From Thermodesulfobacteriota bacterium (lineage in GTDB: Bacteria > Desulfobacterota_D > UBA1144 > Nemesobacterales > JAJCZQ01), in NCBI GenBank assembly GCA_965215275.1, contig OZ244044.1, forward strand, positions 928,001 through 992,000: a stretch of DNA of 64,000 bases. Direction: 5' to 3'. Of the stretch, positions 1 through 10,613 are shown in pieces. The translations under genes and the position numbers were made by a program. The number at the start of each line of letters is the position of its first letter. Positions within the stretch are counted from its first letter, which is position 1. Below the pieces are notes generated by a model. The model ran no database searches. It worked only from the letters and a program-made list of their open reading frames with translations, and was not told the origin of the DNA.

Positions 1-1235
1 TCTGCTATATACACCTTGATCTTCTTGATATCCATGAGTTCTGATTTTTCATAGCCTTCCTCCTTAATTATCCGTTTCAAGTGAGGGGTTTTATTATTCA
101 GCATAATCAAAGTATTGAGTTCTTTGATAATGTAATCGCTGTGTGTGGTAATGAATACCTTGATCCCGAGATTCACCAGCCGAGCGAACAATCTGGCTAT
201 ACGCCGCTGATTTTCAGGGTGCAGGTTTAGCTCTGGTTCATCCACCATCAATAAGTCGCTAGGATTAGCTTGGTGGCGCAGGTAAAAGCCTATGTCAAGC
301 ATCGAACGCACTGCACTGGAACTTTCATTCATTGTCAACTTGACCCGTGCATTTTTAGGTTTAAAATGAAGTATATTGTTACCCCGGACGATATATTCAC
401 CCCCGATAATGTCTGCAAATTGATTCAAAATATTAGAGTGATGTTTTAAAAGAAAACCATCCTGTTTGGAGATGGATTCAAGGTAGCGAATAAAATCCAC
501 ATTTTTTTTGATCGGTATGGCATAATCCTCATAAGACCTGCGCAGCAGTTTTATCGGTTCAGTTTTTGTATCCTTTCTACTCATTTCCTCTAAAAGACGA
601 TTGCGGGCAAAATCCAGTTCTTTACGAAAGATCGCTGCACCTGTTCGTTCGGCACTTGCTATGAATGGCAATGGGAAAATACTACCAAACAGAATGTCAA
701 CAACCTCTCTTGAGATCATATCTTGGATTGTGCCAACAGGTGGCACTTCACTTATTTTTTTATCTATAAGTAGTGAAAATATAATATCCCTCTTTCCTTT
801 CTCCTTGGTAAGAGATAGTATCCCAGTTTTTTTAGACTCGATTTTCCACTTAAAAGAAGCATCCTTTGTGTTTTGGAGCACTTTTTCCATTGGTATCTCT
901 AGTTCAAAGATCGAGTCTTTAAAATAGGTTTCCTTTGAAGCAAACACGTGTCTTAATACCTTACTATATTTCTTGCAACCATCCTTAAGGACAGAATTTA
1001 CCCTCTTTGCCTGATCAACCAAGTCGACCCGCGTGACACCTGTATCTATCAACTCATTTATTTTATTAGAGGAAATATCAACTCTTAAAATGCGATTCCA
1101 CACCATCAGAAATCCGTATAAGGCATAGGTTGCGTAGGTCTTACCAGTATTGTTTTTACCACAGATAATAGTAAGGTCGCCTAGCTCAAATTCTGCCTTC
1201 CGCAGAATGCCTAATTTTTCCACTCGTATCTTCAC
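1..1235 (-). CDS. ABC/AAA-type ATPase (AAA_15/AAA_21-like, often defence-associated); 3' end lies outside the window
   Basis: Not in the ORF track. Manual translation from GTG at 1235 (GGAGG upstream) gives MKIRVEKLGILRKAEFELGDLTIICGKNNTGKT (Walker A); later in the same frame LMVDEPELNLHPENQ (Walker B/D-loop) and ITTHSDY (H-loop). Confidence 0.85.
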   Translation of the reverse strand, partial: MKIRVEKLGILRKAEFELGDLTIICGKNNTGKTYATYALYGFLMVWNRILRVDISSNKINELIDTGVTRVDLVDQAKRVNSVLKDGCKKYSKVLRHVFASKETYFKDSIFELEIPMEKVLQNTKDASFKWKIESKKTGILSLTKEKGKRDIIFSLLIDKKISEVPPVGTIQDMISREVVDILFGSIFPLPFIASAERTGAAIFRKELDFARNRLLEEMSRKDTKTEPIKLLRRSYEDYAIPIKKNVDFIRYLESISKQDGFLLKHHSNILNQFADIIGGEYIVRGNNILHFKPKNARVKLTMNESSSAVRSMLDIGFYLRHQANPSDLLMVDEPELNLHPENQRRIARLFARLVNLGIKVFITTHSDYIIKELNTLIMLNNKTPHLKRIIKEEGYEKSELMDIKKIKVYIA

Positions 1236-1331
1236 ACCTTTACCTCCACCACTTTCATTGTATCCTTACCAACATATATCAATATATATTAATAACTTTA
1301 ACAGCTATTTTTTTTGACCGTATTTTACTTG

Positions 1332-1358
1332 ATTACTAAAATATATTATTCCCTTATA
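1332..1358. repeat. 27-bp dispersed repeat, copy 1 (copy 2 at 12233-12259)
   Basis: attactaaaatatattattcccttata vs attactaaaatatattatctccttata. Confidence 0.6.
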
Positions 1359-1528
1359 GTTACCTTCACTAGTTATTTAATCGTATGATACTTCATGTAT
1401 CCAATTTCCTTCTTCTGGTCTTACAGTAACAGTAAAGTTTGAAATAAGTAATGATAAAAAGGGAATAACTATTTTCATCTTATTCCTCTTGTGGAAACTT
1501 TCTTTGTTCTGTCATTTTGAGCAAGATG

Positions 1529-1993
1529 TTATAACTCTAAAAATTTCCACTTAGCTGTATTTTTTTTCTCTAAATTGATACCTAAATGATCTTTTGCCCA
1601 CTTCTTAAGTTTAGTTATAAGGTTTTCGTTATGACAAAATTTCTTAGGGACTCCCAATTCCTCACTGACTACATCTGCAATTTTGTCATGTGCCGCTTCA
1701 CCAGAAAACTCCACTCCGTTGAATTTGTTTGACTGGCATTTTTTTTCGTAATACAATAGACACTTACGTAACTCAAAAGTCATGTTTCTGTACCCAACAA
1801 ATTTACCAATCCCAAATTGAGAAGTATCAGAGTCATAAACCCAATAACGTTCTATATTTGATTTAAAGAAATGCTGTTTTATAATCGGACGTAATGTTTC
1901 TAAATCGTTTTTTGCCTGTTCATTTAATGTCCTAATATTGTCCTTAATATCATCTATTGTTTCCACAAGATCTAATTTTGGTTTTTTTTGCAT
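1529..1993 (-). CDS. Hypothetical protein, paralog of 2634..3065
   Basis: 154-aa ORF with AAGGAG RBS; shares TIDDIKDNIRT.NEQAK, YWVYD.DTSQFG.GKFV.YRNM and KF..L with its paralog. Confidence 0.75.
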   Translation of the reverse strand: MQKKPKLDLVETIDDIKDNIRTLNEQAKNDLETLRPIIKQHFFKSNIERYWVYDSDTSQFGIGKFVGYRNMTFELRKCLLYYEKKCQSNKFNGVEFSGEAAHDKIADVVSEELGVPKKFCHNENLITKLKKWAKDHLGINLEKKNTAKWKFLEL

Positions 1994-2633
1994 ATTTTAC
2001 ACTCCTTTACTATCGGATTTTTTGTTTTTACTTTACTGTTAACAGGAAAGACAACAACTTTCACTATTCCATCAGAGTATTGTATACCTCGTAGTTAGTC
2101 AAAAAAGAAAATAATCTGCACTTGTAAGGGTTTTCAGGAGTTTATAAGTATATATATTATCTTCTATAAATTTTTCTTTGCTTCAAGTACCTTGTGTTGC
2201 TTAATATCGTTCATACCTTGAAAATTTGATTGTACCTCTAATCGGATTTTGGTTTTTACCTCCCCCTCACTCTTAAATCTGCGATAGGGATTTTCTAATA
2301 TTCTGCCAAGATTATTCATAGTGCGAACCTTTTTATTCTTTTTTAGTTTCTCGTAAGCGGTGTTTATTACTTGCTTTTTAAATATGACAATACCTTCGTG
2401 TTGTATGTCTTTGGAAATAAAACAGTTTAATTTTTTAACTATTTCAAAACCCCTTTTATTTAATCCATACGTATGTTACGATAATAAAAAAGGTAGTTTT
2501 ATGGTTAGAAAACCAGAAATAATACCGCATATAATCAGGTTCATTTGATTATATAGTTAAAGTTGTTGTTGCTCTTATCAATAAATCTGTTAAAGCAAAA
2601 ACAACAAAATCCAATAGTAAAGGAGTATAAAAT

Positions 2634-3065
2634 ATGCAAGAACCCGAATTAGAGTATGTGTCAACAATAGATGATATTAAGGACAATATTAGAACATTCA
2701 ATGAACAGGCAAAAGATAATTTAGCATTTATATACAGGGATTACCTTACAGGGGTACGTCCGGCACCTCGTTATTGGGTTTATGACCCTGATACCTCTCA
2801 ATTTGGACCTGGCAAATTTGTTGCATACAGGAATATGGATTTTGAGTCTCGCAGAAAAATACTGGATTATAGAAAACATACTAATAAAAAAGTTTCACGC
2901 AATGGAGTGATTTATGATGGTGGTGTTGCACATAAAAAAATTACAAAGGTAACCCATAAGAAATTTAATGATTACCTTATAAATGAATTTGAGAACTGGG
3001 CAGACCGATTAGGTATAGATTTAAGTACGATTAATACAGATAAGTACAAATTTGTAAAGTTATAA
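2634..3065 (+). CDS. Hypothetical protein, paralog of 1529..1993
   Basis: 143-aa ORF with AAGGAG RBS; same motifs and a homologous upstream leader. Confidence 0.75.
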   Translation: MQEPELEYVSTIDDIKDNIRTFNEQAKDNLAFIYRDYLTGVRPAPRYWVYDPDTSQFGPGKFVAYRNMDFESRRKILDYRKHTNKKVSRNGVIYDGGVAHKKITKVTHKKFNDYLINEFENWADRLGIDLSTINTDKYKFVKL

Positions 3066-3135
3066 ATATCTTATTTAAAGTGTTTTCTACAGGGCTGAAG
3101 CGTAAACCCCTGAATTAACGCGGTATTAATACTTT

Positions 3136-3151
3136 GGAAATTATATACTTT
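3136..3151 (+). repeat. Dispersed GGRAATTATATAC motif (IS1595-like end or promoter)
   Basis: ggaaattatatacttt at the islet/era border. Confidence 0.6.
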
Positions 3152-3355
3152 GTTCGCCAAAATGATTACCTATGTTTTACTAGTTTTTTTCTTGTTTTTA
3201 TTCTCAAGGATTTCTCTTTGTTTTTTAACAAATTCAGCGTCAGGTTTGAACTAGATCTTTACTGTCTTTACCCCATTTCTGCTCCTCAAACCATCTACAG
3301 GCTGATCTCTCATCTGGAAACTTCTTAAAAAAGGCGGTTCCTTTCATTACAAGCA

Positions 3356-4294
3356 TTAACTCAAATAACCGATCTCTCTCATCAGGCTTTCGCTTTCCGT
3401 CCATCTCTCCTTCACCTTGACCCAGAGTTTCATAAAGACCTTTGTGCCAAGTATGTTCTCGATCTCGACCCTGGAGCGACTTCCAGCTTCTTTAAGCAGC
3501 TCTCCCCTCTTGCCGATAACTATTCCCCTGTGGGTCTTTCTCTCTACAAACACGACCGCATCGATCTCTATGATCCCCTTATGGGGATTTTCCTGAAACT
3601 TTTCCACCATAACGGCGGTCCTGTACGGTATTTCCTCCCTTGTAAGTTCGAAAATCTTCTCCCTTATTATCTCCGCAGCAAGGAACCTCTCGCTCTGATC
3701 CGTGTACATATCGTCAGGGAAATATTTTTTTCCTTTAGGCAGGTTCTTTTTAATTACCTCCACAAGCTCCTCTATACCGTCCAGATCAACCGCAGATACA
3801 GGCATGATCTCTTTTATACTGTCCCCGTACTTTGCAGCAGAGGTGATAATGTTCAGGATCTCCGTCTTTCTGATCAGGTCTATCTTGTTGATAACCAGGA
3901 TGAACGGCTTGGAAAGGGTTTTTATTATGAACTCGTCCTCTTGACAAAAAGGCCTCCTGGCATCGATCATGAGCAGGGATGAGTCCGCTTCAGCAGTGGA
4001 GTTCATTGACGTCTGGACCATGGCCTTTTGCAGTTTACCTCTGCGTTTTTTATGTATTCCAGGAGTATCAAGAAAAACTATCTGACAGTCTGACCGTGTT
4101 AAAATACCCGTTATGCGGTTCCTGGTCGTGTTCGGCTTATCTGAAACGGCCGAGACCTTCCGTCCTATAACTGCGTTAACGAGCGTCGATTTACCAACGT
4201 TCGGTCTGCCTATCACGGCTACAAAACCCGACCTGAAATCATCCGGCTTTTCTATGGCAACTTTCTCATCCTGTGGTAAGGTTTCTTCACGCAT
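3356..4294 (-). CDS. era: GTPase Era
   Basis: GRPNVGKS, DTPG and NKID GTPase motifs; C-terminal KH domain with VIGKRG. Confidence 0.97.
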   Translation of the reverse strand: MREETLPQDEKVAIEKPDDFRSGFVAVIGRPNVGKSTLVNAVIGRKVSAVSDKPNTTRNRITGILTRSDCQIVFLDTPGIHKKRRGKLQKAMVQTSMNSTAEADSSLLMIDARRPFCQEDEFIIKTLSKPFILVINKIDLIRKTEILNIITSAAKYGDSIKEIMPVSAVDLDGIEELVEVIKKNLPKGKKYFPDDMYTDQSERFLAAEIIREKIFELTREEIPYRTAVMVEKFQENPHKGIIEIDAVVFVERKTHRGIVIGKRGELLKEAGSRSRVEIENILGTKVFMKLWVKVKERWTESESLMREIGYLS

Positions 4295-4495
4295 ACCGGA
4301 AACAGTTTACCCTGAAATATCCAGGTCCGGTGGAAATTTAATTCTGAATATCACACACGGAAGTTTAAACTACGAAGGTCCTTCGCTTCAGATGTCCGGT
4401 CAGAATATATGAATTATGCCAGATCGAACCATCAACGCTTATTGCTAATACGGTCCGTTAAGGTTAGCATTACTGGTCGATCTCAGAGGTGAAAC

Positions 4496-6328
4496 GTGTT
4501 AAGTTTGCAAGGCAGTTGGAAAAGAACGGTTTACTGCGGAAACGTTGATAAAAGCCATATAGGAAAGGAACTGACCCTCATGGGATGGGTACAGTCCAGC
4601 AGGGACCACGGGGGACTTATATTCATAGACCTCAGGGACAGAGAGGGAATATGTCAGATAGTGTTCAATCCAGAGCACAACCCGGACACGCACAAGACGG
4701 CCGAAAGCATCAAGGATGAATGGGTACTGGCAGTAAGAGGCAAGGTAGCACAGAGAACCCCCGAGACGATAAATCCCAACGTCAGGACCGGTGAGATCGA
4801 AATAGTGGCCGATGAAGTAAAAGTACTCAACTCCTCGGCCGTGATCCCGTTCCTTATAGAGGACGAAATAAACGCCGATGAACTGCTGAGGCTTAAATAC
4901 AGATACCTTGACCTCAGAAGACCTTCCATGCAGAAATGCCTGATGCTGAGGCATAAGATAACCTCTGCAACAAGAAGCTATCTGAACTCAAGTGGTTTTA
5001 TAGAAATAGAAACTCCCTGCCTTACCAAGTCAACTCCCGAGGGTGCAAGGGATTTTCTGGTACCAAGCAGATTGAGTCCCGGAGAGTTCTACGCTCTGCC
5101 CCAGTCCCCCCAGATACTGAAGCAGACCCTTATGGTATCGGGATTTGATAAATACTATCAGATAGTAAGGTGCTTTCGCGACGAAGACCTGCGAGCGGAC
5201 AGGCAACCTGAATTTACCCAGATAGACCTTGAGATGTCGTTCGTTACGGAAGATGACGTAATAGCGGTCGTGGAAGGGCTTTTATGCTCAATATGCGAGG
5301 CTGCGAACGGAAAGAAGGTGCAAACGCCTTTTCCGAGGATCTCATACGAGGAGGCAATGCTCAGGTACGGGACAGACAGACCTGATACAAGGTTCGGACT
5401 CGAGCTTGAAGACGTAACAGAGATATTTAAAAATTCGGAGTTCAAGGTCTTTAAAAGTGCCGTGGACAAGGGAGGCGTTGTAAAAACCCTGAACGTAAAA
5501 GGAAAAGGGAACGAGCTGTCCAGAAAGGACATAGATGACCAGACGGAGGAAGCAAGGTCCCTTGGAGCAAAAGGACTTGCATGGATAAAAGTGACTGAAA
5601 ACGAACTTCAGTCGCCGATCATAAAGTTCTTTTCCGATACGGAGATCAAAAAACTTACAGAAAGGCTAAACCTTGAGCCCGGGGACATCGTCTTTTTCGG
5701 TGCGGACAGCAAGGCCGTTGTGAACTCCGTACTTTCAAACCTCAGGACGGCTTTTGGAAAGAAGTTCGATCTGATCGACCACGGCAGACTGGATTTTGTC
5801 TGGGTGGTCGACTTTCCGCTGCTTGACTATGATGCAAACGAAAAAAAGTACACTGCGCTTCACCATCCGTTCACTTCACCAAAGGACGAGCATCTCGCAC
5901 TGCTGGAAAAGGACCCCGTAAAGGTCTTGTCCAGAGCATATGATATTGTGCTCAACGGGGTTGAGATAGGCGGGGGAAGCATCAGGGTGCACAGAAAAGA
6001 CGTTCAGGAAAAGATATTTAATGCGATCGGACTGAGCAAGGAAGAAGCAAAGGATAAGTTCGGCTTTCTGCTAAGTGCCCTGGAGTTTGGTGCACCTCCG
6101 CACGGCGGTATAGCACTTGGTCTCGACAGGATAGTCATGCTGCTTGCAGGAAGGGATTCAATTCGTGACGTAATTGCATTTCCTAAAACCCAGAAAGGTA
6201 TCTGTCCGTTCACGGAAGCGCCGACGGAGATAAGCACTGAACATCTAAAAGAACTAGAAATAACAATAAATTCTGAACAACTCCTTAAAAACTGCAAAAA
6301 CACGGTACCAGAAAAAGCAACAGAATAA
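4496..6328 (+). CDS. aspS: Aspartate-tRNA ligase
   Basis: [15 protein letters not shown] fold; [21 protein letters not shown] and [12 protein letters not shown] class II motifs. Confidence 0.98.
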   Translation: MLSLQGSWKRTVYCGNVDKSHIGKELTLMGWVQSSRDHGGLIFIDLRDREGICQIVFNPEHNPDTHKTAESIKDEWVLAVRGKVAQRTPETINPNVRTGEIEIVADEVKVLNSSAVIPFLIEDEINADELLRLKYRYLDLRRPSMQKCLMLRHKITSATRSYLNSSGFIEIETPCLTKSTPEGARDFLVPSRLSPGEFYALPQSPQILKQTLMVSGFDKYYQIVRCFRDEDLRADRQPEFTQIDLEMSFVTEDDVIAVVEGLLCSICEAANGKKVQTPFPRISYEEAMLRYGTDRPDTRFGLELEDVTEIFKNSEFKVFKSAVDKGGVVKTLNVKGKGNELSRKDIDDQTEEARSLGAKGLAWIKVTENELQSPIIKFFSDTEIKKLTERLNLEPGDIVFFGADSKAVVNSVLSNLRTAFGKKFDLIDHGRLDFVWVVDFPLLDYDANEKKYTALHHPFTSPKDEHLALLEKDPVKVLSRAYDIVLNGVEIGGGSIRVHRKDVQEKIFNAIGLSKEEAKDKFGFLLSALEFGAPPHGGIALGLDRIVMLLAGRDSIRDVIAFPKTQKGICPFTEAPTEISTEHLKELEITINSEQLLKNCKNTVPEKATE

Positions 6329-6563
6329 AAATACTTCATAACTTCCAGCACCGGTGACTAAGGCAGCAAAGGATTCCACAGAGCCGCGAATCATCTTATC
6401 CATCAAGCAGAACAAAAAGAATCGTTTGATGAAACGATTTCCTATCTACTTATAATTGGGAAACTATCAATATTCCTTGACAAAACTTTAAGATTATGAG
6501 TTGAATGAATAAAAAGGATATTTTTAACAAGTTTATATTTGTATTAGGTGGAACAGCTAATTA

Positions 6564-6782
6564 ATGAGATTAATTCTATTTTTTACGAGTTTATTTGTTG
6601 GTGATATTTTGAGCAATGCAAAAAAGATTGAACTCCATAATATACAAAGAGGAAAGTATTTTAGAATTGTCGCTGATGTCATAGCAGATGGAATATCCAT
6701 AAAGAGTGAACTTATTAAATCAAAACTTGCTTATTCCTATGACGGGAGAACTAAGAGAAAAATAGACTGGTGCCTACAATGA
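6564..6782 (+). pseudogene. Truncated thermonuclease (SNase-like) fragment
   Basis: RGKYFRIVADV and LAYSYDG match the C-terminal half of SNase-family proteins; the N-terminal half is absent. Confidence 0.55.
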
Positions 6783-8512
6783 AAGAAGAGAACAGTAAAA
6801 TCATTGGCCCCTTCTTAGGACCTCGCGGAAAGACGGGGGTAGAAATCTTTATAGCTCTCCCGGAACACCAAATAACAAACCTAACTTGCAAGATTTTTGA
6901 AAGTAATAATAAAAACAATGAGATTAAATCTTACAACTCTCAAATTGATGAGGGTGATATTTACAGACTTTTTAGTTTTACATTTGAAGGGCTAAATGAC
7001 AATAAAACTTATACTTATGAGTTTTTTTCAAATGATAAACCTCTCCCTCTTGAAGGTGGTCTAACTAGGGAAGATTGTAATTTTAGGGTTCTTGGAGAAA
7101 ACAGTGAGGAAAAATCATTTATATTGATGAGTTGCCATAATCCTTTTGAAGAAGAGAAAGGAAGTGCTGATGACGGCTGGGCAGTTTGGAGGGAACTCTC
7201 TAACTATTTGAAGAAAGATAAGAATGTTCGGCTTTTGGTTTTAGCGGGCGATCAAGTTTATAATGATGATTTTGAAAAAAAATCGCTTGAAAAGTTAAAA
7301 AAACCAGATGAATCAATTGAGATAGAATTAAAGAAGAGATTCATTAGTCAGTATCAAAAATATTGGGGCAATATAAGCTATAGAAAGGTTTTATCTTCTA
7401 CCTTAAGTGTGGCTATGTGGGATGATCATGATATAACAGACGGCTGGGGAAGCCGTCCCGAATCTTTTTGTTCTAAAGAAGATACTGGTTTCAAAAAGAA
7501 TTGGTGGAAGTTTTTTGAAATCGCCAGTGACGTTTTTAAAACTTATCAAGCTTCCAGAAACCAAAAACCAGTTCATAAATTTTCTTCTTTTTTAGAGTGG
7601 GGTGATAAGAAATTTGTATTAGCTGATTTTCGCTCTGAAAGAAACTCAAAAAAGAACCAGCTTTGGACAGATGTTCATAAAAATAAAGTCTTATCAGAGT
7701 TAAAAGAAACGCCTGAGGAAATAAAACAAGTATTTTTTGTTAGCCCCGTTATTGCCTTAAGAATCAATTTTTCTGATGATAGGAGAATAAGTGCGTTTTC
7801 TAAATCTCTATTTAGATTAAGAAGGTATATTGAAAAAAATAAACCTTGGTACATAATTCAAAACTGGAAATGTTCCTTTTTAATATCTGCCATATTCTTT
7901 CTGAGTCCATTGATAGTCTCAGTTCTCAACTGCTCCTTATGCGACAAATTACCTATTGAAGTTTTTTCGATTCTTTACTTACTTATTGTTGTAGCGTTCC
8001 CTATAATTGGTTCTGTACTATTCATATGGACTATAATCTCAAGATTTCCAGCTTTAATGACAAAAATTCCACACTTACCAGACTTAAGTGATGATATGGA
8101 AGACGGGTTAAGTTCCTCTTCTAACATAAAATCCTTAAAAGAAATTATGGACTGTCTAACAAATTTAGCGAGGAAAGGAAAAGAAGTTTATATTTTGAGT
8201 GGAGATATTCATATTGGAGGTTTAACTGAAATTATCGACACTAGAGAGGAACCAAAAATACAAATGTTACAAATAGTATCTTCTCCAATATCCAACAATC
8301 CTATGCAAAAACCTGTTGCAGGATTTACAACTACAACCTCAGAAATGGTTCTAAGAGAATGCAGCGACGAAAAAAGGCTGTTTGCTAGAAATATCTTTTA
8401 TAATTCAAAAAGAAATTTTGCTCAAATTTTTCCTGACAGAAAAGAGGGAACTATTGCTTTCCACTTTGAAGGACATCAATTTCCTACAGTTTTTCCTAAA
8501 AAGTTTAGTTAA
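6770..8512 (+). CDS. PhoD-like metallophosphoesterase with two inserted transmembrane segments
   Basis: GDQVYND, WDDHDITDGWG and LSGDIH motifs; two long hydrophobic stretches at about aa 368-425. Confidence 0.8.
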   Translation: MPTMKEENSKIIGPFLGPRGKTGVEIFIALPEHQITNLTCKIFESNNKNNEIKSYNSQIDEGDIYRLFSFTFEGLNDNKTYTYEFFSNDKPLPLEGGLTREDCNFRVLGENSEEKSFILMSCHNPFEEEKGSADDGWAVWRELSNYLKKDKNVRLLVLAGDQVYNDDFEKKSLEKLKKPDESIEIELKKRFISQYQKYWGNISYRKVLSSTLSVAMWDDHDITDGWGSRPESFCSKEDTGFKKNWWKFFEIASDVFKTYQASRNQKPVHKFSSFLEWGDKKFVLADFRSERNSKKNQLWTDVHKNKVLSELKETPEEIKQVFFVSPVIALRINFSDDRRISAFSKSLFRLRRYIEKNKPWYIIQNWKCSFLISAIFFLSPLIVSVLNCSLCDKLPIEVFSILYLLIVVAFPIIGSVLFIWTIISRFPALMTKIPHLPDLSDDMEDGLSSSSNIKSLKEIMDCLTNLARKGKEVYILSGDIHIGGLTEIIDTREEPKIQMLQIVSSPISNNPMQKPVAGFTTTTSEMVLRECSDEKRLFARNIFYNSKRNFAQIFPDRKEGTIAFHFEGHQFPTVFPKKFS

Positions 8513-8839
8513 TTAAGAAACAACTTTACGGTTTTCTTTAATAGAATTGATGATAGTTTAAGAAGTCTTCATTGTTTTGAGTGGAACGCGTTTAAGTATA
8601 GAAAACTTTTTAAACGGCTTATTTATATCACGAAAATTTCCTTGATAAAGATAGTCCTTGCGATGAGTAAGTGGAGTCCAATCCGTTTCTTGGAAAGTTT
8701 CATATATCCGATAAACTTCCTGAATCCTTTCCTCATATAAATACTGAATTTCTTGCTTATTATTACCCTTTATGATTAGCTCCTTGAACTACTTACTTTA
8801 TTACACTATATCAACCTGAAAATCTCATCACTTAAATTT

Positions 8840-8855
8840 TGGACTTATATACTTA
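8840..8855 (+). repeat. Dispersed GGRAATTATATAC motif, variant
   Basis: tggacttatatactta upstream of the 9001-11020 operon. Confidence 0.45.
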
Positions 8856-9000
8856 ATTTTCCATTCTAATCAGGTATAATTGTATGTTATAAATAAAATT
8901 ATTAGCGAATTTAAGTCTCTGTAGAAGTTTAACATGTAAGATAAAGCAGTTAAATATAGTTAATGCAGTAAACTTTTCGTAAAACAAAAAGGAGGAACTT

Positions 9001-9657
9001 ATGTCGGACGACTCAATTAGTTTTAGTTTAAATAATGTGTCGATCGTGATATTAGCAAATGCGCATAACCCTACAATACTCAATCCTGACTTCCTGAAGA
9101 ACCATAAAATAGCAGAAAATGAATGGGAAATAGATGATAAAAAATTCCCCTTCTTGTCATCTCCCAGCCTTGCACTAATATCCTTTACGAATGGTGTTCA
9201 TTGGCAGGTTGACCTAAATAATCTTACAATTCGGGAAGATGTGGATGGTGATTTTAAGGAATCATATATTATTCATAAGTGTACAGAAAAATATATTAAA
9301 GTGCTTGAACGCGTGCCCTACACCGCCCTCGGTTTGAATTGGCATTTTTACATTAAGTTAAAGGAAGAAAAATTATTAAATTGGATGAGAAAACAGTTTC
9401 TAAAAGAAGGTGAATGGAAGAACACGATAGAACCATCAAGTTTTGCATTCAAAATCCCACCAGCTTGGACATTAACATTGTTCAGTGTAAAAACAGAAAA
9501 AGAACTAAAACTTAGACTAGATTGTAATTATCATACCGATATAGCTTCTGATAATAACAAAGCAAGAAAAATATGTTCAGTTCTTGAAGGTTTTAGTGGT
9601 TATCAAAAATCCCTGAAACAGATTCTGAAAAAATACTTTGAGGAAAAACTATCATGA
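9001..9657 (+). CDS. Hypothetical protein, TIGR04255-like / possible SecB-like chaperone
   Basis: GGAGG RBS; SIVI...NPTILNPDFL, ALGLN and D.NYH motifs; ATGA overlap with the next gene. Confidence 0.55.
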   Translation: MSDDSISFSLNNVSIVILANAHNPTILNPDFLKNHKIAENEWEIDDKKFPFLSSPSLALISFTNGVHWQVDLNNLTIREDVDGDFKESYIIHKCTEKYIKVLERVPYTALGLNWHFYIKLKEEKLLNWMRKQFLKEGEWKNTIEPSSFAFKIPPAWTLTLFSVKTEKELKLRLDCNYHTDIASDNNKARKICSVLEGFSGYQKSLKQILKKYFEEKLS

Positions 9658-10613
9658 TCTCAAGGAATCAAGTCGGCTATACAGACCCACCCTTTACGCA
9701 TTTAAAACAAACCAACTGCACACAGATGGAGGTAGTTAAAAACCGCGGTTCAGAGTCCACACAAAGTACTTATGTTGGTGCTAATGTAGAATGTTTCATG
9801 GAGGTAGTTAAAAACCGCGGTTCAGAGTCCACACAAAGTACTTATGTTGGTGCTAATGTAGAATGTTTCATGGAGGTAGTTAAAAACCGCGGTTCAGAGT
9901 CCACACCCTATATTTATCCACATCACATCAACTGGATAAATATAGATACTCCGTTTGTATCGTTTGTACCCACTATGGGTTTAGACATTTTATCGAACTA
10001 TTTTCATTATAAAGATAGCTTTGATATAAATGAAGATCAGGTCTTACTCTGTTTAGACATTTTATCGAACTATTTTTATTATAAAGATAGCTTTACACAC
10101 CGTAGTAGTAAAATTCAGCACGACTCGGAAGTAAGTGAACCTTTCTCTGAAACTGAAAAAATAAATATAAGAAAAGACACATTACTTGAAATAAGAAAGG
10201 ACAATCAAACTGATAGCATTGAAGAAATAATTGAACATATTGATCGGCTGGGGTATCCAGAATGCTCTGAAAGAATTGATTTTCTGAACAACACTGATAA
10301 TATAGAAGAAGGAGAATTACCACTTTCTCTGGAATCCGCAAAGGGATTTTTACTTTTTTTCACCCAGTTCAACGTCTTGGGTGAACCTGTTCTGGGGCTT
10401 TTTCCAAAAGGAACATTGTCAGTGGGATGGCGTCTTGCGGACAACAAACATTTATTAGTAGAACCGCTGGACAGCCAAAATGCATCTTTTGCTCTAATAG
10501 GACCATCTTATAACAACCCAAATGAAAAATTTCGCCTCAACGGAAGAGGAAAAATTCCAGAAGTTATCAAGACCCTGAGAAAGCAAGGCGTAGACCAATG
10601 GAGAAATAGTTGA
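9654..10613 (+). CDS. Putative antitoxin with a repetitive N-terminal extension
   Basis: Two sets of 24-aa-period repeats, then a compact domain (EPVLGLFPKGTLSVGW...LLVE); overlaps both neighbouring genes. Confidence 0.5.
   Translation: MISRNQVGYTDPPFTHLKQTNCTQMEVVKNRGSESTQSTYVGANVECFMEVVKNRGSESTQSTYVGANVECFMEVVKNRGSESTPYIYPHHINWINIDTPFVSFVPTMGLDILSNYFHYKDSFDINEDQVLLCLDILSNYFYYKDSFTHRSSKIQHDSEVSEPFSETEKINIRKDTLLEIRKDNQTDSIEEIIEHIDRLGYPECSERIDFLNNTDNIEEGELPLSLESAKGFLLFFTQFNVLGEPVLGLFPKGTLSVGWRLADNKHLLVEPLDSQNASFALIGPSYNNPNEKFRLNGRGKIPEVIKTLRKQGVDQWRNS
9726..9907 (+). repeat. 72-bp in-frame tandem repeat, about 2.5 copies
   Basis: Units start at 9726, 9798 and 9870 (MEVVKNRGSESTQSTYVGANVECF). 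Confidence 0.95.
9979..10094 (+). repeat. 44-bp direct repeat with 72-bp spacing
   Basis: gtttagacattttatcgaactatttt(c/t)attataaagatagcttt at 9979 and 10051 (LDILSNYFxYKDSF). Confidence 0.9.

Noticed and set aside
2165..2475. Open minus-strand frame of about 100 codons between the inverted paralogs
   Set aside because: No early start codon or recognisable motif; at best a remnant.
9726..9907. Possible CRISPR array
   Set aside because: Units are contiguous, identical and in-frame coding, with no unique spacers and no cas genes.
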